This document shows, piece by piece, positions 31,085 to 45,499 of a DNA stretch of 64,000 nucleotides (position 1 is its first letter; each line of letters starts with the position of its first letter). A model generated the notes under the pieces. The model saw only the letters and a program-made list of their open reading frames with translations. It was not told the DNA's origin and did no database searches. This stretch comes from an uncultured Chloroflexia bacterium (lineage in GTDB: Bacteria; Chloroflexota; Limnocylindria; Limnocylindrales; CSP1-4): the NCBI GenBank assembly GCA_963835845.1, contig CAWIGT010000001.1, forward strand, positions 324,102 to 388,101, written 5' to 3'. The translations under genes and the position numbers were made by a program.

Positions 31085-32029
31085 ATGTTGGAAGCCCGCC
31101 GAGTATACCCCTCGTCCTCGACCGGCCCGGCCGGGCAGGCGTCCGATCCGGAGCCCGGACTCCAGATCGTCGTCGTCGGTGTCGCCTCACGGGACCTGGT
31201 CGCGGACGATCCGAGGGGTTGGCGGCTGGGCGGATCGGCGACCTACTGCTCGCTGACTGCGGCTCGGCTGGGTCTGCGAGTCGGCTGCCTCCTTGGCGTC
31301 GACGCGGATGCCGCCGAGGCCGCGGAGCTCGATCAGTTGCGGGCGGCCGGAGTCTCGTTGCGGCTCGTCGGGCTGAAGCGGGGGCCGGTCTTCGAGAACC
31401 TCGAGATCGACGGGCATCGGCGCCAGCGCTGGCATTCTGCGAGCGACTCGCTACCCTCCGGTGAGTTGCCGTCGGCATGGCGAGGTGCCGGGGCATGGCT
31501 GGCCGTGCCCATTGCCGGAGAGTTGGGGGTCGAGTGGGCCGGGATCGTGGCGGACGGCGCCGCCCTCGGCGTTGGCTGGCAGGGGTTGCTGCGCACGTTC
31601 GACGGCGACGGCTGGGTGAAGCGAGCGCGGCCCACTGCTTCGCCGCTGCTGGCGAAGGCGGGGCTGGTGGTGGCGAGCGTCGACGACGTAGCCGGCGACG
31701 TGGTTACGGCTGAGTTGCGGGCGCTCGCGCCCGCGGCGACGATCGTCCTGACCGCGGGTGAGGGCGGAGGGATTGCGCTTCGCGAGGGCCGGATTGCGTC
31801 CTACCGGGCAGTGCCGGCGGGTCTCGTTGTGGATGCTACGGGCGCCGGCGACGTGTTCCTGGCCGCGCTCATGACCGCGTGGATTCTGACCGGCAAATTG
31901 GCCACGGCGGCGACCCTGCGATTTGCCGCGGCAGCGGCCTCTTGCGTGGTGGGCGACATCGGGCTGGCCGGGGTGCCAACGGCGAATCAAGTCGCGGCCC
32001 GGCTGCGCGGCCGGACCCGGGCGGGCTGA
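31085..32029 (+). CDS. PfkB family carbohydrate kinase
   Basis: LGGSATY, VLTAGEGG, VDATGAGDVF. Confidence 0.88.
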   Translation: MLEARRVYPSSSTGPAGQASDPEPGLQIVVVGVASRDLVADDPRGWRLGGSATYCSLTAARLGLRVGCLLGVDADAAEAAELDQLRAAGVSLRLVGLKRGPVFENLEIDGHRRQRWHSASDSLPSGELPSAWRGAGAWLAVPIAGELGVEWAGIVADGAALGVGWQGLLRTFDGDGWVKRARPTASPLLAKAGLVVASVDDVAGDVVTAELRALAPAATIVLTAGEGGGIALREGRIASYRAVPAGLVVDATGAGDVFLAALMTAWILTGKLATAATLRFAAAAASCVVGDIGLAGVPTANQVAARLRGRTRAG

Positions 32030-32065
32030 AGCCTCAGCCCGGTGCGGCGGCCAATTCCTCGGCGC

Positions 32066-33387
32066 CTATGCCGGTTGCCGCTCCAGGCGGCGGGCCAGCC
32101 GCGCGCGGCGCCTGGCCAGATCCGCCTCGAGGGTCCGGCGCTGCATCGCATTGCCGTGGCCGCGGCTGCGATAAAGAGCTAGAAGCGCCTCGTCGGTGGC
32201 CGTCCAGGCGCCCGCCAGATTTCGCTCGCGATGCTCCCGTTCCTTGGCAAGCTCGATCCAGCCGAGGGCTGCGAGCGGCCCCGGCGCAGTCACGAGCCGG
32301 CTCCAGGCAACGCCCGCATCGGCCAGGCGGCCACAGCGACGGAGCAGCCGGGCGAGTTCTACGGTGGCCATAGCCACGTCCGGATCGCCGCCGGCGATCG
32401 GGCCGCCCGCAATCTCCAGGCACTCGACGGCTTCGTCGAAGCGGGCCTCGTGCCGGAAGAGCCGTGCCAGGCGGACGAGATCTCCGGCAGGCGCCCAGCG
32501 TCGCACCTCGCCCTCGCCGTAGCCGCGCTCGAGATGGGCCAGCAGGCGCCCGAGGGTGACGACGTCCTCGGCGTTGTGGCGGGCGACGACCCGCACCGGC
32601 CCGGCAGGACCGCCGCGAAGGAATGAGTGGTAGACCGCGGGGATCTCCCAGGATGGAATGTCCGGGGCGCGGTGTCGGCGGAGCAGGTGGCGTTCCACGG
32701 TCTGAAGACGCGCATCCGGCAGTCGATGCCGGAACAGGCGCCTGACGAGCAGAAGCAGGTCCAGGTGGCCGTCGATCGGAGGCGGGATTCGACGGCCCAT
32801 TCGGTAGCGAGTTTCCAGCAGCGGCCAGTCGAAACTGCGGCCGTTGTACGTGACCAGGCACGCGCCGGGCGGCGTCTCGGCCGCCAGGGCGTCGAGCAGG
32901 GCCCGCTCCTCGGACAGGTCCGGCAGGAGCAGCTGCACCAACCTCATCCGATCGCCCTGCCACCAGCCGATGCCGATCAGGAAAGCCACGGTGCCCGCGG
33001 CCGAGCCCAGGCCCGTCGTTTCCGTATCCAGGCAGAGGAGGGGAGTGTCCGGGCCGGGCATTCCCGGCAAACGGCCCAGCCGGGCGCGATCGATCGGCAG
33101 ATAGACCGGTCGCAGTTCGCGACGGACGTACCAGCCGTGCTCCGTCTCGACCGCGTCGGCGTCCAGGCCGTCGGCCATGCGGCGGGCCAACGACGCGGGA
33201 TCCACTCTATCGATGCCCTGCCAGACCGGCTCCGGGGTGCCGAATGGTTCGCCGGCGGCAACGACGGCGGCGATCACCCGCCTGATCTCGGGATCCGCTT
33301 CGCCGCTCCTGTCCACGCCGGCAACGGCCGCCCTGCCGCGACGCAGGTCGTCGAGGTGGCGCTGCAGGCGAGTCCGTCGACGGTCAT
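32066..33387 (-). CDS. RNase H-like DEDD exonuclease with TPR tail (YprB/MrfB-like)
   Basis: LDTETTGL, TYNGRSFDWP, HLDLL, HNAEDV; helical C-terminus; coupled to the upstream helicase. Confidence 0.85.
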
Positions 33388-35764
33388 GCTGCCGCCTCCG
33401 GAGCTCCCGTCCCGATCCGGCCGCCGGTCGATGCGCCGTCCGCTCGAGGCCGTCGGCGGACGCCGCGCCGTCTACGAGTGACCGCAGCAAGCGTAGGGCG
33501 AGCGCCTTGGCGTCGATCTCCGGTTCCAGCCGCGGGCCCGGTGCAGGCCGGGCAGCCGCCTCGCAGGCGCAGCCGGCGATCAGATCCGCGGCCGCCGGCG
33601 ACCAGCTCCGTCGTGGCGCTCGCACAGAGCCGCTCGGACGAGGCCGACGCCGCCCGGCACCGCCTCGTACAGGTAGATCGTGGGGGCCTCGTGGTGCGGC
33701 GAGCGGACCTGGGTGACCAGGCCGAGGTCGTGCGGGTCGACCATCAGCAGGACCGCCGCGACCGCCTGGAGCGCCCGCCCGGCGCCGAGCAGGGCGACGT
33801 CCAGATCGGCCCGGCGCCAGCCGCGCCGGCGTCCGAGCGTCAGCCAGTAGGCCGTCGTCTGCAGCTCGATCTCGGGCAGGTGGATCGGGCCCCAGCCGAG
33901 GTTCTCGTTCGTGCACGAACTTGAGCTTCTTGTAGATGGTGGCGAGGCTGGCGACCATGACCTCGCCGTGGGCCCGCTCGCCGCCGGCACGCCGGCGCCT
34001 CGGCGAAGACGTCCAGCGGCTTGAGCGTCACCGCCCGGTCGGCCTGCGTGTAGTGGTCGACGTCGACGCGGCGGACGTACGCCTTGCGCTCGTCCCAGTC
34101 CAGCCGGTCGACGTGGAACTGGGGCGACTCGTGGAGGTAGATCGCGTCCTCGTGGACGAGCGTCTGGGCCGCGAACAGGTCGACCTCGCCGAGGACGCGC
34201 GGCCGGTCCGGCGTCGTGTCGATGATCACGACGTTCTCGTCCGCGGCGGCGCGGAGCGAGATCTCGCCGAGCCGGGAAGTTCTCGCTGCGCCCAGTACCA
34301 GCGCCCGTCGCCGGCCTGCCGGACGTGGCCCTCCTCGCCGAGGAACGCCAGCAGGTCGTCGGCGGGTCCGGGCCGAAGCGCTCGCCCGGCTCGAACGGCA
34401 GCTCGAACGCCGCCGCCCGCAGGTGGGCGAGCAGCACGTGGAGGTTGTCCGGGTCGAGCCGTGCCTCCTCGGGCGGGCCGGTCGAGCAGGTACTCCGGGT
34501 GCTGGACGACGTACTGGTCGACGGCGCCGCCGCCGGCGACGAGGACCGACGACGCTCATGCCCTGCCGCCGCCCGGCACGGCCCATCTGCTGCCAGGTCG
34601 CGGCGATCGAGCCCGGATAGCCGGCGAGGATCGGCGACGTCCAGCCGGCCGACGTCCACGCCCAGCTCCAGCGCGTTGGTGCTCACGACGCCGAGGAGCT
34701 CGCCGTCGCGCAGGCCGTCGCTCGATGGCCCGCCGCTCGGTGGGCAGGTAGCCGCCGCGGTAGCCGCGGACCCGCGAGTCCGCGGCCCGACGGCTGCTCG
34801 CGCAGCGCCTCGCGCAGGCCGGTGAGCAGCAGCTCGACGCCGACGCGCGACCGGCCGAAGACGATGCGTCTGGCGGCCGGCGCGCAGGAACGGCAGCGCC
34901 CAGCGCTGTGGCGAGGGTCGCGCCGAGCCGCGCGCGCCGGGGGCCGGATCGAGCAGCGGCGGATCGACCAGCAGGACGTGGCGCTCGCCCGCCGGGGCGC
35001 CGTTCCCGTCGACGAGCGCCGGCTGGCGCCCGGTCAGCAGTCGCCGCCAGCTCGCCGGGGTTGCCGATCGTCGCCGAGCAGCAGACGATGACCGGGTGCG
35101 AGCCGTAGTGCGCGCAGATCCGCAGGAGCCGGCGCAGCACGTTGGCGACGTGGCTGCCGAAGACGCCGCGGTACGTGTGCAGCTCGTCGATGACGATGTA
35201 CCGGAGCTGCTCGAAGAGCTGGAACCACTTCGTGTGGTGCGGCAGGATCGCCGCGTGGAGCATGTCCGGGTTCGTCACGACGACCTGGCCGGCCGAGCGG
35301 ACCGCGGAGCGGATCGGGGCGGGCGTGTCGCCGTCGTAGGTCGACGGCGCTGACGTCGAGCCCGGCCGCCCGGCGAGCTCGCGGAATTCCGCGACCTGGT
35401 CCTGGCCGAGCGCCTTGGTCGGGAACAGGATACAGCGCGCGCCGGCGGGTCGTCGGCGAGCGCCTGGAGGACCGGCAGGGCGTAGCAGAGCGTCTTGCCC
35501 GAGGCCGTGGGCGTCACGACGACGACGTCGTCGGCCGGCGCGGACCGACTCGATCGCCTCGGCCTGGTGCGGTACAGGGCGGTTCCACGCCGCGGCTGCC
35601 AGACCCGCCTCGATCCGCGGATCCAGCCACTCGGGCAGCGGCCACGAAGTCCGCGGCTCGGGCCGGGATCAGCTCGTGGTGTGACGACTCCGCTGGCCAG
35701 CGACGGTTCGTCCAGCAGCTCGATCCAGCACGGCCTCGACGGCGGCCGGCGCGTAGTACCGCAT
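33384..35764 (-). CDS. DEAD/DEAH helicase with DUF1998 (YprA/MrfA/Hrq1-like; many frameshifts)
   Basis: [56 protein letters not shown], Cys-rich C-terminus. Confidence 0.9.
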
Positions 35765-35779
35765 TTCGACACCTCAAAC

Positions 35780-35793
35780 CGAACGCACGTGCG
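35780..35793. promoter_or_regulatory. Putative LexA (SOS) box
   Basis: CGAAC-GCAC-GTGCG, one mismatch to CGAAC-N4-GTTCG, about 15 nt upstream of the repair helicase start. Confidence 0.55.
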
Positions 35794-35837
35794 AAATATG
35801 CGCCAGTGTACCAGCGTCCCGCAAGCGCGAACTCGGG

Positions 35838-35866
35838 TTGACACGTCAGCTGCCCCCAGCTACGAT
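35838..35866 (+). promoter_or_regulatory. Sigma70-type promoter for a leaderless divIC-like gene
   Basis: TTGACA-N17-TACGAT, with the ATG 6 nt downstream. Confidence 0.75.
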
Positions 35867-35872
35867 TTTGCA

Positions 35873-36328
35873 ATGGTAGGACGCGAGATAGGGGTTTCTC
35901 AGGACGAGGCGTCATCCTCCTCGCCGTCCGTTTCCGGACCGTCCATTTCCTTCAGCCGGCGTCGCCTGGCCATGCTCGTGGCCGGCCTATTTGCGCTGTG
36001 GCTCGTCGGTGTCTTCGCCCGGCAGGTTGGGGACGCGGCGTCCGCGGCCAGCCAGGCCGACGAGCTGAGGGCTCGCAACGTCGCCATGGAGCGTGACATC
36101 GCCTCGCTCGACCAGGAACTCCAGCTGATCAAGGAACCGGCGTTCGCGTCTCAGATGGCGCGCGGCTACCTGCTCGGGTCGCCCAAGGAGATTCCCTTCA
36201 CCCTGGATCCCAACGCTCCGCCGCTTCCGGCCGACGCTCCCGGCTCGACCAGCATCAAGCCAGAGCCGACGACACAGACCACCAGTCCGCTGGATTCCTG
36301 GCTGCAGGTGCTCTTCGGATCGTCCTAG
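35873..36328 (+). CDS. Septum formation initiator family protein (FtsB/DivIC-like)
   Basis: Short cytoplasmic N-terminus, single TM, coiled coil, AR-G-L...E motif. Confidence 0.75.
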   Translation: MVGREIGVSQDEASSSSPSVSGPSISFSRRRLAMLVAGLFALWLVGVFARQVGDAASAASQADELRARNVAMERDIASLDQELQLIKEPAFASQMARGYLLGSPKEIPFTLDPNAPPLPADAPGSTSIKPEPTTQTTSPLDSWLQVLFGSS

Positions 36329-36352
36329 CGGCGCGCGCGTTACCATCGAGCC

Positions 36353-37291
36353 ATGACACCGTCACCGTCCGAAAGCCACCGTCCCCTGAAGGTCGGCGTC
36401 CAGCTTCCCGAGATCGAATGGCCAGCCCGCTGGTCGGACCTGGCCGAGATGATCCGCACCATCGAGGATGTGGGCTTCGATTCCGTCTGGTTCGGAGACC
36501 ACTACATCTACCGCATGGCCGATGGCACGGCCGACGCGCCGTGGGACGCCTGGTCGCTTCTCGCGGCCGCCGCGGCTATCACGTCGCGCGTGACGATCGG
36601 TCCACTCGTTACGCCGATCGGCTTCTACAACCCTGCGGTCCTGGCGAAGAAGGCGGCCGCGGTCGACGAGATTTCCGGCGGGCGGCTGGTGCTGGGTCTC
36701 GGCGCCGGCTGGAACGAAGTGGAGTTCCGGGCCTACGGTGTTCCGTTCGACCATCGGATCTCGCGCTTCGCCGAGTCCTTCACGATCGTTCGGACGCTGC
36801 TGCAGACCGGCCAGATCGACTTCGAGGGCGTGTACTACAGCGCCCGCGATTGCGAGCTTGTGCCGAAAGCGCGGCCCGGCGGCCCGCCGATCATGATCGG
36901 CTCGATGGGCGAGCGGATGCTCGACATCACTCTGCCCCACGTGAAGTCGTGGAACGTGTGGCACGCGGACACGGGCAACAGCCCGGCGGGCGTGGCGCCG
37001 CTCCGTGCCCGAGTCGCGGCCGCGTGCGCAAAGGTGGGCCGGGACCCCGCCACCGTGGATGCCACGGTCGTCGTCCTGATCCGGATGCCCGACGGCCGGG
37101 GCCGCCGACAGGGCGACGGCTACACGGATGCCACCCCGAACCCGCTTCAAGGTCCGCCGGAGTTGATCGCCGAAGAACTGCGCGCCTACGCCAGGGCCGG
37201 CGTGGCGGAGGTTCAGCTCGTGGTCGACCCGATCACGATCCGCTCGATCGAGGGCCTCGCTCCCGTGCTCGAAGTCCTGGATCGGGGCTAA
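36353..37291 (+). CDS. LLM-class flavin/F420-dependent oxidoreductase
   Basis: GFDSVWFGDH, NPAVLAK, DEISGGRLVLGLGAGW. Confidence 0.92.
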   Translation: MTPSPSESHRPLKVGVQLPEIEWPARWSDLAEMIRTIEDVGFDSVWFGDHYIYRMADGTADAPWDAWSLLAAAAAITSRVTIGPLVTPIGFYNPAVLAKKAAAVDEISGGRLVLGLGAGWNEVEFRAYGVPFDHRISRFAESFTIVRTLLQTGQIDFEGVYYSARDCELVPKARPGGPPIMIGSMGERMLDITLPHVKSWNVWHADTGNSPAGVAPLRARVAAACAKVGRDPATVDATVVVLIRMPDGRGRRQGDGYTDATPNPLQGPPELIAEELRAYARAGVAEVQLVVDPITIRSIEGLAPVLEVLDRG

Positions 37292-37335
37292 GGGCGCGGG
37301 CTCTCCCGATCTGGCCGTCCTCCAGTTCCATCCGC

Positions 37336-37341
37336 TACAAT
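37336..37341 (+). promoter_or_regulatory. -10 element (TACAAT) of the tRNA promoter
   Basis: TACAAT 12 nt upstream of the mature tRNA 5' end. Confidence 0.55.
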
Positions 37342-37353
37342 GCGCCCCGCCAC

Positions 37354-37428
37354 GGCGGAGTAGCTCAGTGGTAGAGCAGGGGACTCATAAGCCCTTGGTC
37401 ACAGGTTCAAATCCTGTCTCCGCTACCA
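37354..37428 (+). tRNA. tRNA with CAT anticodon, most likely elongator tRNA-Met
   Basis: Cloverleaf: acceptor GGCGGAG/CTCCGCT, anticodon loop CTCATAA, TTCAAAT T-loop, encoded CCA; paired 1:72 so not initiator; Ile2 not excluded. Confidence 0.95.
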
Positions 37429-37440
37429 ACGAAACCTGAA

Positions 37441-37465
37441 ACGGCCCGGGCATTGCTCGGGCCGT
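37441..37465 (+). terminator. GC-rich hairpin after the tRNA
   Basis: ACGGCCCGGGC-ATT-GCTCGGGCCGT. Confidence 0.6.
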
Positions 37466-37598
37466 GATTCCAGGAGCGCAACGACCCATCCATCGACGGC
37501 CGGCCCGCGCTGCCCTGCCCGGGGCCGCGTGCCGAGACGTCCCGTCTGAGTTCATTTTCAGCCGAACTCCAGTACGCTCGCGGCAGTCTCCCAGGTGA

Positions 37599-41227
<3,629 letters not shown>

Positions 41228-41389
41228 GTTCAATTCGCGCAGGTGCCGGTGCGTACGGGATTCGGCGCGTGCGCGCACTGACGTCAAACGGGGCGAGCGG
41301 ACGTGTGCAGTCTGGATGGGTGTCGGCCTGTGGTTGCGCTGATACCATGCCGAGGCGCTCGCTCCGAGTTGCCCTGGCTGGAGGCACCA

Positions 41390-42490
41390 GTGACGCACGA
41401 CCGATCGACCGGCAGGCGCCGCAGCCGGTCCGCCTCAGCGTGACCTGGCGGCTCGATACGGACAACGGGAGCATGGTCCCGCGGTCGGCGCTGGACGTCC
41501 TGGTCGACCTCAACGACAACGCTGGCCACCGGCGAAGTCGGCCGAGTACCAGCCGGTGCCGCTCGGCTTCACCCCGCTCGACAAGACCATCGGCGGCGGG
41601 CTCCGGCCCGGCGAGCTGCTCCTCATCGGCGGCGCCCAGGGCACGGGCAAGACGACGATGGCCCTCCAGATGGCCCGCAACGTCGCCTCGGGCGGCCAGG
41701 CCAACGTGCTCTACATCTGCTTCGAGCACGAGGAGCAGTACCTGCTCAACCGGCTGATCGCGCTGGAGTCGGCGCTGGCCCACCTGCCGCAGAAGACCGG
41801 CGCGATCAAGATCCAGGACGTCCGCAAGGAGATCCTGGCATCGTGGATGGCCGAGGGCGCGGTCGGCGCCGGCCTGACCGCCAACCCGCCGCCTGCGGCC
41901 CAGCCTCGACCGGATCGCCCGCTACGGCCAGAACCTGTTCCTGCATGCGCGGCATCGCAGACGGCGAGCACGATCGACAACATCCGCAAGCTCGTCCAGC
42001 AGCACCGCGCAGCTGTCGGGCGACCGCGCGCCTGCTGGTGGTCGTGGACTACCTGCAGAAGGTGCCCGATGCATCCCCGAGCCGCAGACCGAGTCGGAGA
42101 AGGTCACCTACGTCGTCAACGGCCTCAAGGACATCGCCCTGTCGGAGCAGGTGCCGATGATCGCGATCGTGGCCGCCGACAAGGAGGGCCTCAAGGCGCC
42201 GCGCCTGCGCAACCACCACCTGCGCGGCTCGTCGGCGATCAACTACGAGGCCGACATCATCCTGATCCTCAACGAGAAGTACCAGCATCGTCGCCAAGGT
42301 GAACATCGAGTTCAACCCGTACCAGGCGCAGCGCTTCCGCGACTGGGTCGTCGTCACGGTCGAGAAGAACCGCGGCGGCCAGGACAACGTGGACCTCGAG
42401 TTCGAGAAGCACTTCGAGTACTCCTGCTTCGACCCGAACGGCCGGACGGTCCAGGAGAAGCTGATCGAGGAGCGGCTCTACAACGACTGA
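41390..42490 (+). CDS. Stand-alone DnaB-like helicase C-terminal (RecA-fold) ATPase (frameshifts)
   Basis: GGAQGTGKT, CFEHE, VVDYLQ, LRGSSAINYEAD, KNRGG; no DnaB N-terminal domain. Confidence 0.82.
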
Positions 42491-42491
42491 G

Positions 42492-42512
42492 ACCGAAGGC
42501 CCGGCCTTCGGT
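42492..42512 (+). terminator. Hairpin after the DnaB-C gene
   Basis: ACCGAAGGC-CCG-GCCTTCGGT. Confidence 0.55.
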
Positions 42513-42623
42513 ATGGCCGAACGGGGCGACCTTCTCGGCCTGAACCGGCCGGGACCGGTGACGCGGGGCGGGCCCAGCGAAGGCCGCGCGGCGGGCGGAC
42601 GCCGGACGGCGTAGCCTTCGCCC

Positions 42624-43142
42624 ATGGATCCAGAGGCGGCATTTCCCGACGTGGTGGAGATCTTCGTCGAGATCCCGCGCGGGAGCCGCAACAAGTACGA
42701 GTTCGACGAGCAGGCGGAGGTCTTCCGCCTGAACCGCGTCCTGTCCTCGGCCGTCTACTACAACTTCGACTACGGCTTCATCGAGGGCACGCGGGCCGAC
42801 GACGGCGACCACACCGACGCGCTGCTGCTGATCGGCGAGGCGACGTTCACCGGTTGCCGGGTCTGGGCCCGGCCGGTCGGCGGCCTGGAGATGAGCGACG
42901 AGAACGGCTTCGACTTCAAGGTCCTCTGCGTCGCCGTCGGGGATCCTCAGTACGCCCACTACCACGGCCTCGCAGACGTCTCGCCCCACCGCCTGGTCGA
43001 GATCGAGAACTTCTTCCAGACCTACAAGCTCCTCGAGAACAAGGCGGTCGAGATCCTGGGCTGGCGAGACCTGGGGCGGGCTCGGGAAGTCCTCCACCAC
43101 GACCGCGCCGTGTACCTCAAGGAACAGAAGGGCCAGGCGTGA
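42624..43142 (+). CDS. ppa: Inorganic pyrophosphatase (family I)
   Basis: EIPRGSRNKYE, YGFI, DDGDHTD, DFKVL, FFQTYK. Confidence 0.93.
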   Translation: MDPEAAFPDVVEIFVEIPRGSRNKYEFDEQAEVFRLNRVLSSAVYYNFDYGFIEGTRADDGDHTDALLLIGEATFTGCRVWARPVGGLEMSDENGFDFKVLCVAVGDPQYAHYHGLADVSPHRLVEIENFFQTYKLLENKAVEILGWRDLGRAREVLHHDRAVYLKEQKGQA

Positions 43143-43802
43143 CCGGTCCTCGGAGCCGCGGCCGCCCTGGTCCCGCCGCAGATCCGCCCGACCCGTCGAC
43201 GATCCGCCCGGTACGAGCCGGTTGTTCATGGCGATTCCCGTGGCCGACGACGTCCGCGCGGCCGTCGGCCGTCTGATGGAGGAGCTCGCGGGCGCTCCGA
43301 TAGACACGCGCGCTCCCGGACAGCCGCGCTGGGTCAGAACCGAGGGACTCCACCTCACCCTGAGGTTCCTCGGCGCCACTCCGGACGTTCGGGTCCAGGA
43401 GCTGGCCGACGGCCGTGGCCGAGGTCGCTCGGGAGGTGGCTCCGTTCCGTATCGAGTTGTCGGGCGGCGGCGCCTTTCCTTCTCCACAGCGCCCTCGCGT
43501 CCTGTGGCTGGGCATCGGCGGCCGGAGGCACGGAATTGATGAGCGTTGCGCGGCGGCTCAACGTGGAGTTGGAGAGGCTCGGCTGGTCGCATGACGACCG
43601 CCCCTTTTCGGCGCACCTGACCCTCGCCCGCACCGACGGCATCGCCGGCTCCGACGAGCGTGCCCGGCGGCTGATTGAACTGGGCCACGACGTCCGCCTG
43701 GATTGGCTGGCCGACAGCCTCGTGCTCTACAAGAGCCATGCCGGGCAGGGTCCGTCGCGGTACGAAGCCCTGGCCGAGGCCGCGCTCTCAGGCGGCCGGT
43801 GA
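43139..43802 (+). CDS. thpR: RNA 2',3'-cyclic phosphodiesterase (frameshifts)
   Basis: LFMAIP and two 2H motifs ([16 protein letters not shown]). Confidence 0.88.
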
Positions 43803-44075
43803 ACCTGTCGCGGGGGTCCTGGGCCGGCGGTAGCGCTGGCTTATCCCCGAGTCCGGTGCCGAGCCCGTAGCCTCCGCGGCAACTGCTCGGGCGAGGCCCG
43901 ACCGGTACGCGCGGGCAGGGGCATGCGCCGTAACCTTGCACGGTTCACTCGCTAGCCGCTAGGCTTGCGCGGCCACAGTCGTGTTGGGGCGACCTCGGGC
44001 ACCCATAGCCAAGCTCCCGGGCCGGTAACCGCCGGTTATGGAGTCGTCGCCGGTGAGCCCGGCGGGAGGAGTCGG

Positions 44076-45431
44076 ATGGTCGCACGCACCCGTATCACGC
44101 TGGGCGAAGAAGACATTCCGCGCGTCTGGTACAACATCTCGGCCGACCTGCCGGTGGCGCAGTCGCCGGCCCTCCATCCCGGCACACATCAGCCCCTCGG
44201 CCCGGCGGACCTCGCCCCGCTCTTCCCGATGGCACTGATCATGCAGGAGGTCTCCACCGAGCGGGAGATCGAGATCCCCGAGCCGGTCCGCGAGCTTTAC
44301 AAGCAGTATCGACCAAGCCCTCTTGTCCGCGCCCTTCGGCTGGAGAAGGCCCTCGACACGCCCGCCCACATCTACTACAAGAACGAGGGCGTCAGCCCGT
44401 GCGGCAGCCACAAGCCCAACACGGCGATCCCGCAGGCCTTCTACAACAAGGAAGAGGGCATCAAGCGCATCGCCACTGAGACCGGTGCGGGTCAATGGGG
44501 CAGCGCTCTCGCCTACGCCGGCGCCATGTTCGGCGTCGAAGTCAAGGTCTACATGGTTCGGGCCAGCTACGACCAGAAGCCATACCGGGCCCTGATGATG
44601 GAGACCTACGGCGCCAGCGTCGTCCCGAGCCCGAGCCCGGACACCGCGGCCGGTCGAGCCATCCTGGCCGAGCACCCGAACAGCACCGGTTCACTCGGCA
44701 TCGCCATCAGTGAGGCTGTCGAGGACACGGTCACTCGCGACGACACTCACTACTCGTTGGGCTCGGTCCTCAACCACGTCATGCTCCACCAGACGATCAT
44801 CGGCCAGGAGTCGATCAAGCAGATGGAGATAGCGGGCGAGGAGCCCGACGTCCTGATCGCTTGCGCCGGCGGCGGCTCCAATTTCGCCGGTCTGGCCTTC
44901 CCGTGGCTTGGCCAGACCTTCCGCGGCGGCCGAAAGTACAAGGTCATCGCCGTCGAGCCCGAGGCCGCCCCGAGCATGACCCGCGGACGCTACGCCTACG
45001 ACTACGGCGACACCGCGAAGATGGCGCCGATGGTCAAGATGTACACGCTCGGCCACGACTTCATTCCTGAGCCGATCCACGCCGGCGGGCTGCGCTACCA
45101 CGGCATGTCGCCGCAGGTCAGCCTGCTCAAGCACGAGGGCTTCATCGAGGCCCGAAGCGTTCATCAGCGGCCCTGCTTCGCGGCGGGCATCCAGTTCGCT
45201 CGGACCGAAGGCCTGATCCCGGCGCCGGAGTCCACTCACGCGATCCGGGTCGCGATCGACGAGGCGCTGGCGGCTAAGGAGTCCGGCGAGAAGAAGGTAA
45301 TTCTCTTCAACCTGTCGGGCCACGGCTACTTCGACATGACTTCGTACCAGCGATACCTCTCCGGACAGCTGGAGGACTACGAGTACCCGGTCGAAGAGGT
45401 AAATCACGCTCTCGAGGCCGTCGAAGCGTAG
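44076..45431 (+). CDS. trpB2: TrpB-like PLP enzyme (tryptophan synthase beta chain type 2)
   Basis: WYNI, GSHKPN, TETGAGQWG, GSLGIAISEA, GGLRYHG, NLSGHG; GGAGG SD. Confidence 0.95.
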   Translation: MVARTRITLGEEDIPRVWYNISADLPVAQSPALHPGTHQPLGPADLAPLFPMALIMQEVSTEREIEIPEPVRELYKQYRPSPLVRALRLEKALDTPAHIYYKNEGVSPCGSHKPNTAIPQAFYNKEEGIKRIATETGAGQWGSALAYAGAMFGVEVKVYMVRASYDQKPYRALMMETYGASVVPSPSPDTAAGRAILAEHPNSTGSLGIAISEAVEDTVTRDDTHYSLGSVLNHVMLHQTIIGQESIKQMEIAGEEPDVLIACAGGGSNFAGLAFPWLGQTFRGGRKYKVIAVEPEAAPSMTRGRYAYDYGDTAKMAPMVKMYTLGHDFIPEPIHAGGLRYHGMSPQVSLLKHEGFIEARSVHQRPCFAAGIQFARTEGLIPAPESTHAIRVAIDEALAAKESGEKKVILFNLSGHGYFDMTSYQRYLSGQLEDYEYPVEEVNHALEAVEA

Positions 45432-45448
45432 CCATACCCCCGCGAATT

Positions 45449-45482
45449 AAAGAGGCCGTGTCCGAAAGGGCGCGGCCCCTTT
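45449..45482 (+). terminator. Intrinsic terminator of trpB2
   Basis: AGAGGCCGTGTCC-GAAA-GGGCGCGGCCCCT followed by a T-rich tail. Confidence 0.75.
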
Positions 45483-45499
45483 GATTGAGTTCCCAATTC

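Noticed and set aside
32066-33958. Apparent helicase-exonuclease fusion ORF (also the ftsH-dipeptidase and serA-phosphatase read-throughs in the ORF track)
   Set aside because: Produced by indel errors or off-frame upstream extension; separate starts with ATGA/TTGA overlaps or SDs are visible
43931-44075. Trp attenuator or T-box upstream of trpB2
   Set aside because: No Trp-codon leader peptide, T-box motif or terminator seen
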